Of a stretch of DNA of 64,000 nucleotides, positions 1 through 11,291 are shown in pieces (the stretch's first letter is position 1; each line of letters starts with the position of its first letter). Source of the DNA: Corallochytrium limacisporum Hawaii (lineage: Eukaryota; Protista; Pluriformea); the NCBI GenBank assembly GCA_002811645.1, contig PDIP01000088.1, positions 81,282 through 145,281 of the forward strand, given 5' to 3'. The position numbers and the translations under genes are program-made. The notes under the pieces are model-generated. The model was given only the letters and a program-made list of their open reading frames with translations, did no database searches and was not told where the DNA came from.

Positions 1-1037
1 GGTGTATATGTCTGATGTACCCGAACTTTCTCCACGTTAACAAGAAACCTGAATGGCGGCGAAAAGCGGAGGTAGAAACGACAGGAGAGAGCAGCAAGTC
101 GTGGCCGCAGGTGACGCAGATCTCGTTTAGCCCGCTAGGGCGCGGTTGGTCCCGTGAGGACTAGGGCCGTAGGTGCAATCAATACGCCCAGCGGACCCTG
201 CCCCGAATTCGGTCATACCGGAGAGGGTGGGAGCTTGTGCCACTCTCTGCGCAGGGAACTGAACGTACGGCGGCGCCAACGCAGAAAGAAATTAATGAAC
301 TTAAAACAAGCCACTTAGAAACTTTGTTGCAGTGCGGTAAGTGTCCATTGTCCACGTCCCAGCTCCCAACCCCGGGGGGAGAGAAGGGGGGGCAGGGGGG
401 GGGGTTCCCCAGCTGGTCTCCCAGTTCAGATCCCTACCAGCTTCAGGAAGCTGATGGCTGCGTCTGCGTCTCGCCTTTGTTTATTTAGACGCGCCGTCCC
501 GTCGGGACTTGAGGCCGGTTTTGGGAATATCAGCCCCCTATCATCTTTTTGGTACTGAATGAACCGGCAGGTATTCCTACGCGGCGTTATAGTGAATGAA
601 CGGGGCAAGCTGCGTTCCAGTAGTGAATGCACCGGTGAGACCCGCACGAAGCGGGCTCAGCGATACTGAATGTACCGAAAGGGAGGCGAAGGATTGAGTC
701 TCAACGGGGTGCCGGGGCCGTGACAAGGAAATCGTGCGGTGGCTTGGGGACGAGAGGGGGAAAGGGGTGCGAGACGGGCTGACGCAGATCGTGGACAGTC
801 GAGATTCTGCATGACATCTCATTCTTCATCTCTCGTTCACTTGTTCACCATAATGTATGAGATTGAGCATAGATATACATTTAATTTGTCAGTTGCGCTG
901 CAGGCTCGGCCAAATATCCTGCACGTTGGTATTTGACCGGGATCTGTTGGGCGGGCGACTCACTCCGTGCTCAGCCTGATCACGAAGCGATCAGCATTGT
1001 AAAAAGTCAGGATTCACGTCTGTACTGATCTAAAAAT

Positions 1038-4000
1038 ATGACCAAGAAGCATAACCGGACAAAAAAGCGATCTAAGCGTCTCCTGCCACAGATCCTCGAC
1101 AATCATGGCCGATTATCGGACACTTCAAGAACGAAACCCACTTTCACATCTTGGCGCTACAGGAGCACCAGACTGCGTCAGAAGTCGCCACGGAGAGCAA
1201 TCGTCTTCCCTGTAGACGAAAACAGCTGTAACAACACCTCTCAAAGACATTGTATTCGACTAGAAGATGCTGAAGGAGGTAATGTACCTCCCACAGTGAC
1301 TCCGTGGAGATCTCAAATGAGCCAGGATGGGTCAGGGAGACACGCCGAATCTGTTCATATCGATGACGATGAGGACAATGTAGATGACGCAATTCCTGAG
1401 GAGGTTCATCACCAAGTATGTGATCTAGGAGCGGGTGGTAAAATGCTAGATTCGCCAAGATCTGAAGTGGAACCAGGGCGTAGAGACCAACCCAACCTAA
1501 ACCTCGCTCACAATCTGCGTACAGGTGGAAAACTGGGTGGTCATCTCCTCGATGACTTGATCTTGTACACCCACGACGACGCTGAAGTCACGGGAGCTCA
1601 ACATAACAGTTTTTACTCTCCAGCAAAGACTGTAGACTCCGTGCAAGATCTTTCTGCAGATCGTGAGGTTCATTCTGATGCTATTGTGGGTCAGCAACTG
1701 ATAGATGCTATTGGCAATATGTCTACCCCGATGATCAGTGTGGACTGCTTACCTGGTTCAGTGGTGGCCTCCAGCAAAGGAAACCAGCCAGTATTGGTTG
1801 CTGATGCCGATGCTCATACATTGGCGCTTGCTGATGCTCCTGACTCATCTGATATTGCCACCCAGACACCCTCCCGCAATTTCATCTTATCTTTTGGTGC
1901 CGGTGGCGGGTCCAGTGACTGTAAACGAGTGGCCAGAGAGCTTAACAATGAATTCTGTTCCGATTCGGAGGACGAAGAGGAAGATATGGCCTTTCCAATA
2001 TTATCTACTAGAAGTGGACTAGGTGGTGATAGCGAGGGCCATACTGACCATGGAACATTCTTGGACCTAAACTTCGCGACTGTACGGATCCCCGTCTCCG
2101 AACTCACACAGCACCTAGAAGGACCTTGGATAGAGTACCGCCATCTGTTTGAAGTAAATTCTTCTCCCGACGCAAAATCTAGGCATATGAATCCTGGTAA
2201 ACGCTCAGGTGTTGACAACACAGTGATAGGAGATAGGTCTCATCTTACCACAGAACAGCTTGGGTCGTCGCCGGAACCGAAGAAGACCTCGACACCGGCA
2301 AAGGAGCTGCAGGCGCTCCTGGAAGATCGGGAGGCACTGGAGAACAGAGGCGACGTGCCACCTTCCAGGGGAGGCTACCCCCAGCGCTGTGCCAACGTGA
2401 ATTGCAGGGACTCTGGCAAAGGTGAAGATGGCCTTCCCGTCCTACAGATGCGTGTTGGTATGGTCTATCTGGTTGCCAACAAAGGCTTCACCAGGGCCAA
2501 CGATATTCCCATGACCTACTGGGAGCGCTCAGATACTCTTTCGGCTCAAGAGTTTTCCAAGCTCATCCAGACTCGCCTGACCCGCCAATGGCACCATGAG
2601 ATAGAACAAAATCTACAAGTCATTACTGCAAGTCGAAAAGTCAACGAAACTAAAACAACAACGGATGCGGGCAAACACTTCCCGAAAACCGGCAGAGCCA
2701 ACCTCCAAGCAAACCTGGATAACGTGCAAAGTTTAATGGAACTGATCCGGCCAGGTCGCGCGGGGCAAGGCAATACGACTGATCGCTACCAAGACTTTCG
2801 CCGACGAGCCATCGAGCAAGCTGGTCTATTGAACGAGGGACTGCCCAAGCAAATCCTGGACCCGCGTCAATTTGTCTGGGACACGACGCGTTCTGAGGCT
2901 GAGGTTGAGAAGGAGAGTGACGCGATCCTGCGTCAAGTAACACGGGGCATGTTTTCCACTCTCCGAAAGCATGCCCGGTCTGCGCTAGCTATGGACGCAG
3001 TTGAAGACTTCGGGGGCAATCCACAGGCCAAGATTTGTGAGCCCTGTGTGGATCACTACTTGCAAACATTCCGTGTCCGCTCCACGGTTTGCTGCCTCTG
3101 CAACAAGCCGCTGGTGCTGACCCAATCATTCAGTACCACAGTACAAGAAATTGATGAATTGATGGCAGATCTTCCAGATGTGCTGAGGCCAAAATCGGAA
3201 GAGGATCATTTGATGGGTCCCAGTATGATCCAGAGGTTCTTTTCAAACTGCAATGTTTTGCTCTACGGTATGCCTGACTCTCCACACAACTTCTCTGTTG
3301 TATTGTGCGGTCAGATCGGATGTGCAGAGGCGTGTCATGCCTGGTGCTATTATGTTGCGCAATTCAAGGACAAGACAGAGAGCGCAGTAATGCGAATGGC
3401 CTCCAGGACGGCTGCATCAGCGCCACAGTTGAGATCGCCGTCGGGGACATCTTCTTCCGCAGAGGCACAGGTGCCTCGGCAGACGCGGTCTACCCAAGCC
3501 ACGAGTCAAACACAGAGCACGCCCTTCACGCCCTACTCATCCAGCACCTCTCCCGCGGCACCTGCTCTGAATGACAGCAGTCCTGCCATGGAAGTACGCT
3601 TCAAAGAGAATCTACGAATCGCCCTGCCCACTTTTGAGTGTGCGTACCACCACGGTCTGAGAGTAGCGCAGGACATGCAGTATAGATATATGGACATCCG
3701 GGCCAAGCAGCGACACGGCCAGAGATCGTTTCTCAAGTTCAAGCAAAACCTACAAAGTTCGGACTACAGCCCGCACCGGCGTATGTATATCAGTCGGTCT
3801 AATGCATACGAAGCGTGGCCTGCATGCCGCACCTACCTCCAGCTGGATGACGGAGGAGATCTGCGGCAGGGGGTAGATCTGGATAAGATCCACACACATT
3901 CCCTGCATCGTCCGTGGAAGAGTCTCAAGTTCCAGGGACTGCAACGACCTGATCAGGTTTTGAAAGTCATCTACCGTGCACTGGAGACCATGACGGGCCA

Positions 4001-4094
4001 AAAGGGACTCACCACGACATGGCTCCAGAACCGGGACAACCGCAAACATCAGATACAACTGCAAGAGCGGAAACGAAAGGCATCGCAAGATTGA
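1038..4094 (+). CDS. 1018-aa probable nuclear protein with a dispersed ADD/PHD-like zinc-finger module
   Basis: Long ATG-started ORF with basic N- and C-termini (possible NLS) and a disordered acidic N-half. Cys/His clusters CANVNC...ICEPC...CCLC...VVLCGQIGCAEACHAWC...FECAYH resemble ADD/PHD ligand spacing, with long insertions. Confidence 0.75.
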   Translation: MTKKHNRTKKRSKRLLPQILDNHGRLSDTSRTKPTFTSWRYRSTRLRQKSPRRAIVFPVDENSCNNTSQRHCIRLEDAEGGNVPPTVTPWRSQMSQDGSGRHAESVHIDDDEDNVDDAIPEEVHHQVCDLGAGGKMLDSPRSEVEPGRRDQPNLNLAHNLRTGGKLGGHLLDDLILYTHDDAEVTGAQHNSFYSPAKTVDSVQDLSADREVHSDAIVGQQLIDAIGNMSTPMISVDCLPGSVVASSKGNQPVLVADADAHTLALADAPDSSDIATQTPSRNFILSFGAGGGSSDCKRVARELNNEFCSDSEDEEEDMAFPILSTRSGLGGDSEGHTDHGTFLDLNFATVRIPVSELTQHLEGPWIEYRHLFEVNSSPDAKSRHMNPGKRSGVDNTVIGDRSHLTTEQLGSSPEPKKTSTPAKELQALLEDREALENRGDVPPSRGGYPQRCANVNCRDSGKGEDGLPVLQMRVGMVYLVANKGFTRANDIPMTYWERSDTLSAQEFSKLIQTRLTRQWHHEIEQNLQVITASRKVNETKTTTDAGKHFPKTGRANLQANLDNVQSLMELIRPGRAGQGNTTDRYQDFRRRAIEQAGLLNEGLPKQILDPRQFVWDTTRSEAEVEKESDAILRQVTRGMFSTLRKHARSALAMDAVEDFGGNPQAKICEPCVDHYLQTFRVRSTVCCLCNKPLVLTQSFSTTVQEIDELMADLPDVLRPKSEEDHLMGPSMIQRFFSNCNVLLYGMPDSPHNFSVVLCGQIGCAEACHAWCYYVAQFKDKTESAVMRMASRTAASAPQLRSPSGTSSSAEAQVPRQTRSTQATSQTQSTPFTPYSSSTSPAAPALNDSSPAMEVRFKENLRIALPTFECAYHHGLRVAQDMQYRYMDIRAKQRHGQRSFLKFKQNLQSSDYSPHRRMYISRSNAYEAWPACRTYLQLDDGGDLRQGVDLDKIHTHSLHRPWKSLKFQGLQRPDQVLKVIYRALETMTGQKGLTTTWLQNRDNRKHQIQLQERKRKASQD

Positions 4095-4240
4095 ACTGTC
4101 CCGGACAGGAACGATACCTCCATGAAACCCATTCAAAAATTTTGCGGTGGAGACAGTATCACGTTAACCTTCTCTCTCTTGAGCTTTCTAAAATGTTTAG
4201 TTAACTTTGTTTTTTAATATCACAATGGAAGCAGTCACAG

Positions 4241-6586
4241 TCACCCGACCCATCCCAACATGGTCAGCAAACTGTGCATTTCCTGGCGCTGCAAGGCCAA
4301 TCGTTCGGTGACTTCCCCCGCGATGTTGTGCCAGCAGGGCAAAGTGCCAATGTGTGTGCTCTCCTCGTCGTCGCTACGGTCACTGTCGCGCTTGGCCCAT
4401 GCCTGCAAACGCCGCACTTCGTGCCAGTGGCGCCTGAGCATGCTTTCGAGTCGGTGAGGGTAGTCCTTGCCAAAATTCGTGGCAAGACCGCTGTCTTTGT
4501 CGCCGCCATCCCGCGGCGTGGAGGCCTTCACACGATCCCATTCCGCACCAGAACGGTCGATAACCTGACCAATCATCGTCAAGTGGTCTACTGCCAGGAT
4601 TCTCCGCTCTGCACTGTCGTGAGCCATGAGCTGTTTCATAGAAAGGAAATCAAGCAGACGCTCTCGGAGACTCTGGCAAAGCTGTCCAACGCGAGCCCAC
4701 ACCTCTGTGGTGTCCGCCCGCAGAATGGACGGCGTGAGGGGCAGTGCAAGGGGGTTAACAGGCTGCTCAGGCTCCGCTGAAGGTTCCTCCACTACTTCGA
4801 TAGCAGCTGTGGTTTTCTCCTTTGGGCCCGCGTCGTGCTCGAGCGATGTGTTGAGCTGAGCCTTGGAGGCAGTTCGCTTGGTGGACGTCAAAGTCTTTAC
4901 CACAGTGCTCTGGTTTGTACCGGTGTTTACTCGCTCGTCGACCTCCTTGATAGAAGCCAGGGGTGTAGACATGGCCACAATATGCTTGCGTGGGCTCTTG
5001 GACTTCTTGTTTTTGGCAGGGACGACTGTCTCTATTTTGCGCCCCGGAGTTTGAGCCTTGAGCGTCAGTCCCGGGATCCGGCTTTTCGGCATGCGTTTCT
5101 TCATTGGCAGGAGGGGAATGGTCCCGTCACTGTCACTGTGCATTTCACTGTCGTCCTTTGCCTCGGACTCGGAGGGAACTGAGTCGTTTTCTTTGTCGCT
5201 GAGCGTGGATGAGACCAAACAGAGGCGCAGAGGGACTAGCATTTGACCGTTGCTAACGTCGCTTGGCTCGGCCTCGTGGTTGGTGGGTTTGCTTTTCGCA
5301 ACCAGGGGAGTGGCCTGCACACCCACGAGCTCAGAAGGCGAGGATGGTACGGCTGCAATATCTGCAGAGGAGCTCATATTCGATGGGGGAGTGCTTCCAG
5401 CACTGCTCGCGCTGCTGGTGCTGTGGTCGGAGCTAGAGGGCACCTTGGCCGAAGCGGGAGTCTGGGGTGAAGTTTCGGTCTTCTTCAATCCCCCAGCACT
5501 CTTGACAGCCGCCAGACGTTGCATGGCGAGTGAAGTAGCACTCCGGCGGCCCGAGGGAGGCAGCGTTTTCACGGAGGCGGGATTGGCGGTCTGTTCCTTC
5601 AGGGCGGATCTGGGTCCGGGTTGTTTTGACTCCGTAGCCTTGGCCTTCTTTGGCACCTTCTTTTCAGACAGCGGGCTGGCAAGGGATCCCCCCTTCAACG
5701 CCTCCGTTGCAGCCACCCTGGCCTTTGCCTTTGTCTTCTTGAGTACGGGAACAGTGTTTTCCTTGTCCTCATGATCAACACCAGAATTGCGACTTTTCTT
5801 TGATGAGTCTACTTTCTTAGCTTTCTGTTTCTTTTGCTTACCCTTTCGTGACAGGGATTGATCTGTGGGCGTGGTGGTAGCCGCCTTCTTGACGGTGGCC
5901 ATGGAATGCAACGCGGCTGGAATTTCAGTGATCGTTGCGGACTTGACCACGGGCGTTAAGGGGACAGCTGCGGTCTGCGGTGGCACGTTCTCCACATCCG
6001 TCACGACCATGACACTGTTTTTTTCGACCTGGGGTCTTTTTTCTCCGTTCAGGAGAGCGAGCAACTCCTGGAAGGTTTCTGTCTGTTCCTCACCTCCGTG
6101 TTCCTTCATTTCATGCATGAGTAGATCCTTTGGGGTCTGACCACGACTGTTTTTCAATGTCAGGGAGGCTCCAGAATCCAAGAGAAGCTTGGAAATTTCT
6201 ACGGAAGCGGTGGCAATGGCGTCGTGTAGCGGTGTTTCCGACTCGAAACCGACTGCGCTCGCATCAGCGCCGTGGTCCAGCAGGAGCTTCACCATTGCAA
6301 TATCTCCCTTACCGCAGGCTTCATGCAAAGGGGTCCAACCCGCATTATCGTTAACATTAATGAGCGCACCTTCCTTGATGAGATCGTTCACACGTTTGTG
6401 GTCGCTACGCAGGACGGCACGATGAAGAAGAGTCTCTCCACGGCCGTTTCGTGCCTCCAACTTGGACTTACTGCTTCGGGAAGGTGTGGAGCTCCGGGAC
6501 CGCGGAGAATCTTCAGTCTGCTCGTCCCGCATGATCTGCAGCATAAGCTGACGCTCCGTACGTGGAGCACAACCCAAAACAACCAT
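4241..6586 (-). CDS. Ankyrin-repeat protein, ANKRD11/ANKRD12-like
   Basis: N-terminal ankyrin repeats RNGRGETLLHRA...AGWTPLHEAC...ETPLHDA...RGQTP follow the ANKRD11/12/BARD1 pattern. They are followed by a K/S/T-rich disordered middle and a helical C-terminus. ATG context aaccATGG. Confidence 0.85.
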   Translation of the reverse strand: MVVLGCAPRTERQLMLQIMRDEQTEDSPRSRSSTPSRSSKSKLEARNGRGETLLHRAVLRSDHKRVNDLIKEGALINVNDNAGWTPLHEACGKGDIAMVKLLLDHGADASAVGFESETPLHDAIATASVEISKLLLDSGASLTLKNSRGQTPKDLLMHEMKEHGGEEQTETFQELLALLNGEKRPQVEKNSVMVVTDVENVPPQTAAVPLTPVVKSATITEIPAALHSMATVKKAATTTPTDQSLSRKGKQKKQKAKKVDSSKKSRNSGVDHEDKENTVPVLKKTKAKARVAATEALKGGSLASPLSEKKVPKKAKATESKQPGPRSALKEQTANPASVKTLPPSGRRSATSLAMQRLAAVKSAGGLKKTETSPQTPASAKVPSSSDHSTSSASSAGSTPPSNMSSSADIAAVPSSPSELVGVQATPLVAKSKPTNHEAEPSDVSNGQMLVPLRLCLVSSTLSDKENDSVPSESEAKDDSEMHSDSDGTIPLLPMKKRMPKSRIPGLTLKAQTPGRKIETVVPAKNKKSKSPRKHIVAMSTPLASIKEVDERVNTGTNQSTVVKTLTSTKRTASKAQLNTSLEHDAGPKEKTTAAIEVVEEPSAEPEQPVNPLALPLTPSILRADTTEVWARVGQLCQSLRERLLDFLSMKQLMAHDSAERRILAVDHLTMIGQVIDRSGAEWDRVKASTPRDGGDKDSGLATNFGKDYPHRLESMLRRHWHEVRRLQAWAKRDSDRSDDEESTHIGTLPCWHNIAGEVTERLALQRQEMHSLLTMLGWVG

Positions 6587-9086
6587 GGTTCGATTCTATG
6601 GTGTACTTTGTATGGTCAACGAAGGTTACGTTTTAATGTACAGTGCTGAGAAGGCTTGATCAGTAGATCTAAAATACCCAAGACCAACGAAGCATCGCAG
6701 AGTCACCAAAAGAAATTGCCGGTCAAATTATTTTTCGCCTGAGAATTTGGACACACCACGGGGTTCTCCGTTTTCTTCAACACCAACACAACAAAACAAA
6801 TAAATGTATCAGGTAAAAAAGGAAACACCATTACGACCACATGAGCACTTGGAAGCAGCGCCAATACCCGGGGAGAACCGGCCTCTCGATACCGGTGAAA
6901 CCCGCCACCCCTGTTTCCCCCAACTGGTCCTACGGGGTTCCCCCCCCCGTTTCCAGCTGTCTGTGGTACACTTTCAAAGTTTTCGCGCTCGCGCCGAAAC
7001 AGAAATTTGACTCCCTTTCGCGCGTTAAAAAATTACCAGGGCAAAACCAATTTTAAAAGGCCCCAGAACTTTCACTACGTCAGGTCCCCCCCCCCGGGGG
7101 ACACCAGTGGCTGGCAGTGCCACCGTGGCGGTCACCCTGGTTCTTAACTTGCCCCGGCACATTCATTATGTAGAGACCACACCCCGTGTATATTGGGTCT
7201 CCCGGTCATTGTGCATGGTGCGCCCGGACGTGGTTGTGTTTGGGGATTCTTGCAAATGCTACGATCTCTCGGGCCAGGTGCACATGCTAAAGATCGGGGT
7301 CCTTAGTGACGGGTGTTGGCATCACATCGGTTGAAACATGAATCCACTGATGATGCTACTGAAGTCGAGTCAAGAAGTGAGACGAGACTCCCCGGGGGGG
7401 GGGGGGGCTCTCGGCCAGTTTCAGCCCTTTTTCTTGCCAGCGGCATTGGGGCCCTCTTGCCTACCATTGTCACGTACACACTGTCGTCTTGCTTCCTTGG
7501 GATGCGCTTCCTCAATGCCCACTCCCAATTCCCCCCTCTTTCCCTTGCAGTCGGTTTGGTACGTGGGAACTGGCCACGGCGAAAGTGAATTACCACCGGT
7601 ACCCAACTGCGGAGTACGTGGCGGGGTCACATTTACCACCTGCCCCCGGTGCGCCCGCCCGCCCGACCGCCCGGCCCCCCCCTTCTCAAACACCCCCCAC
7701 CAAAAAGAAAATGAGAAGCAAAGAGAGAGAGAGAGAGACGGAGAGAGAGAGGGAGAAGAGAGAGAGAGAGAATCTAAGCCAAGAAGAAAAAAAAAAGTGA
7801 AGGAAAAAAATCTCTCTTCTCTTCCCCCCCCCCTCGGGGGATTTTTCCCGGTACTCTTTCTACGGGCGTCGACCAAAGAGGCAAAGGAGGAAATTTATCT
7901 TTTAAAGCGTTTTCAGTTGCGCACTGTCGTGTAGTAGTAGTAGTAGGTGGCCGGGCCGAAGAAGTAGGGGAGATGGCCGAGGCCGATAGTACCACCACCT
8001 GCTTTGGTCCCCCCCCGGCCCGCCCTCGACCCTTCCTTCTTCTTCTCCTCGCTCCTTCCCACCCCTACTTCGGGGTTAAGCCCCCGTAGCGGAGAGGGAG
8101 GAGTAAAGGAGACACAGAGAGAGAGAGAGAGAGCGAGGGAGAAGGTTTGAGCTTTGGTTTTTGGTTTTGGTTTTTTTTTTCCCTTTGGGTTCGAAAAGGT
8201 TTGTTGATCGAGAGCGCTGCAGTTTCCTTCTTTCCTCGGTAGCAGCAGTAGTAGTGGGACCACTTCTCCTCCTCCCCTCCCTTCCGGGCTCTCTCTACCG
8301 GTACGGTTCCCAAGCCCCCGGCCCCCGGGGGGGGGGGGCGCAGAAAGGAAGAGAGAGCGAGAGAGAGAGCGAGAGCGAGAGAGAGGGAGAGAGAGAAGGA
8401 GACTAAGTATGTTACCTCCCCCCCCCTACCTCCTCCAAAACATATTTTTTTCTTCCTTAAAGCGGAAGGTGGGTCTCTGTCGTCACTCCCTCTCTCTCTC
8501 TCTCCCCCCCCCCCCCAAAACCCCCGCGGGGCCCAAGGGGGAAAAAAGGGGGGGGGGGGGGGGGGGAAGAGAGAGAGAGAGAGCCGGAGAGAGGGTGGGG
8601 CCCCTATGGTCCAGGTACGGGAGGAAATTTTTATGGGGAGAGAGATTATCTCTTTTGTTGATCGGAACCGTTTCTTGAAGCAAACGACAAATATGGACGG
8701 TTCCGAAGAGGGAGGACAGAGAGCACACAGGCCACTCCCGCGGGATCTCCGATGGCCAGTGGCCTATGGGCAGTGACCGATTGGAAACGCTTGCCTGCTC
8801 TCCTCTTTGCCTTCCGTTTTGTTTGGGAACAGATGCGTTAAGAGACAATGGACACGGATTTAGGGGGTTTGGTTCTGATGGATTGCTTTTTTGTGTGCTT
8901 GGAGTGGTACTTGTGACGCCGTGCAGTAATGATCAAGGCCCTGACTACCCTACGCCTTCCAATCAATCCGGCAGAAAAGTACGCGCCTTCAGAAAGGAAC
9001 GCAATGGCATGAGGGAGGAAAGGATTTCATGAGAACAGTCATAATCTACCTTATCAATATTGATCAGCCCACACGTTTTACACTCA

Positions 9087-11069
9087 ATGAAAGGAAAATT
9101 GAACATGCCACCCACACGGGGCAATCAACAAAGCACGCGGGACAATTCTGCCAGTGACCTCCACCACCAGACCGGCTTCGGCAGCTTCCGGTCCCCCGAT
9201 GAGGCTATGACCCAATCAAGCGACAGTATAGGATCACACAGCCGCCGTAGTCGGAAGATCAGCGATAGTGATTGGTCCAATGCTGGACCACAAGCCTTCC
9301 TCAACATTGCAGCGGTGAGAGAAGTCGGAGAAGAGGAAGATCGGCATTCTCAGGAGCGGCGTGAGCGGAGGGAGGCGCGCCGACGGCGGTCGAGCGTCGT
9401 GGATCCCAACTCAGGCCGAGGCGATGGAAACAGCAGTGGTGGAGCAGGCACAGAGGGGCACGACAGCAGTGTGCCGGGTGTAGACATGGGAATAGCCAAA
9501 AACGAACACGGCAGGAGCAGCGTGGACGGTCTCAGTGATAGTAGCAGTGGGGGCGCGTTCCAACTTTCTAGGACTCAGCTGGCCGTGATCTTGACCACCA
9601 CGTTCATTGACTTTGCCGGGTTTGGCATGCTTTTGCCCTTACTGGCATACTATTTCACGATGCTCCCGGGATTTGACCATGAGCACAGCGGTTGGTGGAT
9701 TGGAGTATTATCAGGCGCGTACAGCGCTGGTCAGTTGGTCGGCAACCTTACCTTCGGCTCCCTATCCGACCGTTACGGCCGTCGCAGCCTTCTCCTTGTC
9801 ACCCTCTTTCTCAGCGCCTGCTTCTTCCTGGTCACGGGCTTTGTGTTCAATCTATATCTTCTTGTTGCGGTTCGGTTCATGACTGGTGTCTTTGCCACAT
9901 CTCAGTCTATCTGCAGTGCGTACGTTAGCGACTTGACCGTGGGACGCACGCGCGGAAGATACTTGGGCCTCGTAGGAGCCTGTCTGGGTTTGGGGATCAT
10001 CTGTGGACCGTTCATTGGCTCAAGTCTTGGCCTGATTTTCGGCGTCCAGCGAGGGTGGCTCTGGACCGCAGTGGTTGCTTCGGGAATTTGCTTTTGCAAC
10101 TTTTTGTTTGCATTGAAGATTCTGCCAGAATCACCGCGATTCCTTACTCCGGAACAGCGAGAGGAAGCTGGGTATGGTGCATGGGTCAGTCCAGAGGAAC
10201 AGGAGCGATTGATTTTGCGAAGGAAATTGCTTCGTAAGCAGCAGCAGACCACGGCGGGGCCAAACCATAGCACGGACGTCAACGGGAGCATTGATGCGGA
10301 CTTGGAAAAGGCCGAGCTGCTGTCTTCGGAGACGAACGACCCGCGAACAATGAGCATGAGTGAGTACATTCATACTGTCACGCGGGCGTTGATGCAGCGT
10401 GATCTGGCCCTTCTGATGGCGGCACTCTTCTTTGCATCTTTTGTCTTTGTGATCCTGGAGAACTTGGTCGCACTCTACGTGAAGGAGCGCTGGAACTTGC
10501 CGCCTGAGTATGCAGGTATTCTTTTCGGTGTGTATGGGCTGATTATCGTCTTGACGCGCGCAGGCTGCTATGCTTGGGTGGAACGTAACGTTGGCATCAA
10601 ATGGACCATCGTCATTAGCAGCGGTATCAGTTCATTGTGCATATTCGTGTTGCCATTCTACCGCAAGCCGTGGTCGGCCATTCTGAATAGTTACGTCCTC
10701 AGTGCAGCGCAGGGATTCCTGACTCCTTGCCACACTGTGGCCATCACACACTTGTCCAAGAACCAGTACGGTGCGATCATGGGATTCCGTTCGATCTTCA
10801 ATGAAGGTGCGCGGACCCTGGCGCCGTTCCTGGGCGGCTTTCTCTACGATTTGCCAATGTCGTTCCCGTCAAAGCACGCACACGCCGGGGCCTGGTTCGG
10901 AGCGGCGTTGTTGGGTACCATTGCCACTGTTTTATTGATTTGCGTTGACGGGGACGCAGTGGAGTACCATGACGAGGAGGACGAGGAGGACGAGGAGGTT
11001 GACGAGCAGTCTGACACGATCGTCGTAGAGGAGAATGATGAACGTCAACCATTACTTCAGCAAAAGTAA
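9087..11069 (+). CDS. Major facilitator superfamily transporter (DHA1/TetA/MFSD10-14-like)
   Basis: About 12 hydrophobic segments, MFS motif A (GSLSDRYGRR) and motif C-like GLGIICGPFIG. First ATG 9087 (alternative 9105); the track start at 9060 is TTG. Confidence 0.92.
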   Translation: MKGKLNMPPTRGNQQSTRDNSASDLHHQTGFGSFRSPDEAMTQSSDSIGSHSRRSRKISDSDWSNAGPQAFLNIAAVREVGEEEDRHSQERRERREARRRRSSVVDPNSGRGDGNSSGGAGTEGHDSSVPGVDMGIAKNEHGRSSVDGLSDSSSGGAFQLSRTQLAVILTTTFIDFAGFGMLLPLLAYYFTMLPGFDHEHSGWWIGVLSGAYSAGQLVGNLTFGSLSDRYGRRSLLLVTLFLSACFFLVTGFVFNLYLLVAVRFMTGVFATSQSICSAYVSDLTVGRTRGRYLGLVGACLGLGIICGPFIGSSLGLIFGVQRGWLWTAVVASGICFCNFLFALKILPESPRFLTPEQREEAGYGAWVSPEEQERLILRRKLLRKQQQTTAGPNHSTDVNGSIDADLEKAELLSSETNDPRTMSMSEYIHTVTRALMQRDLALLMAALFFASFVFVILENLVALYVKERWNLPPEYAGILFGVYGLIIVLTRAGCYAWVERNVGIKWTIVISSGISSLCIFVLPFYRKPWSAILNSYVLSAAQGFLTPCHTVAITHLSKNQYGAIMGFRSIFNEGARTLAPFLGGFLYDLPMSFPSKHAHAGAWFGAALLGTIATVLLICVDGDAVEYHDEEDEEDEEVDEQSDTIVVEENDERQPLLQQK

Positions 11070-11291
11070 ATCATTCTAAGGGCACAATCCACATATCACT
11101 CAGTAGTCCGTACATTTTTAAGCATCATTATCATCAAATCATCATCATCACCATCATCACCACGACGTAAAGAATAAGTACACATACAACACTAAGTTCC
11201 GCGCTGCGGCCCAAAAAGTCACTTTTATTGGTAAAGCCGGTGGCAAAACCATCGCCGGTTGTATTCCCCGTTTCGAAGCCTATTCTCCAGT

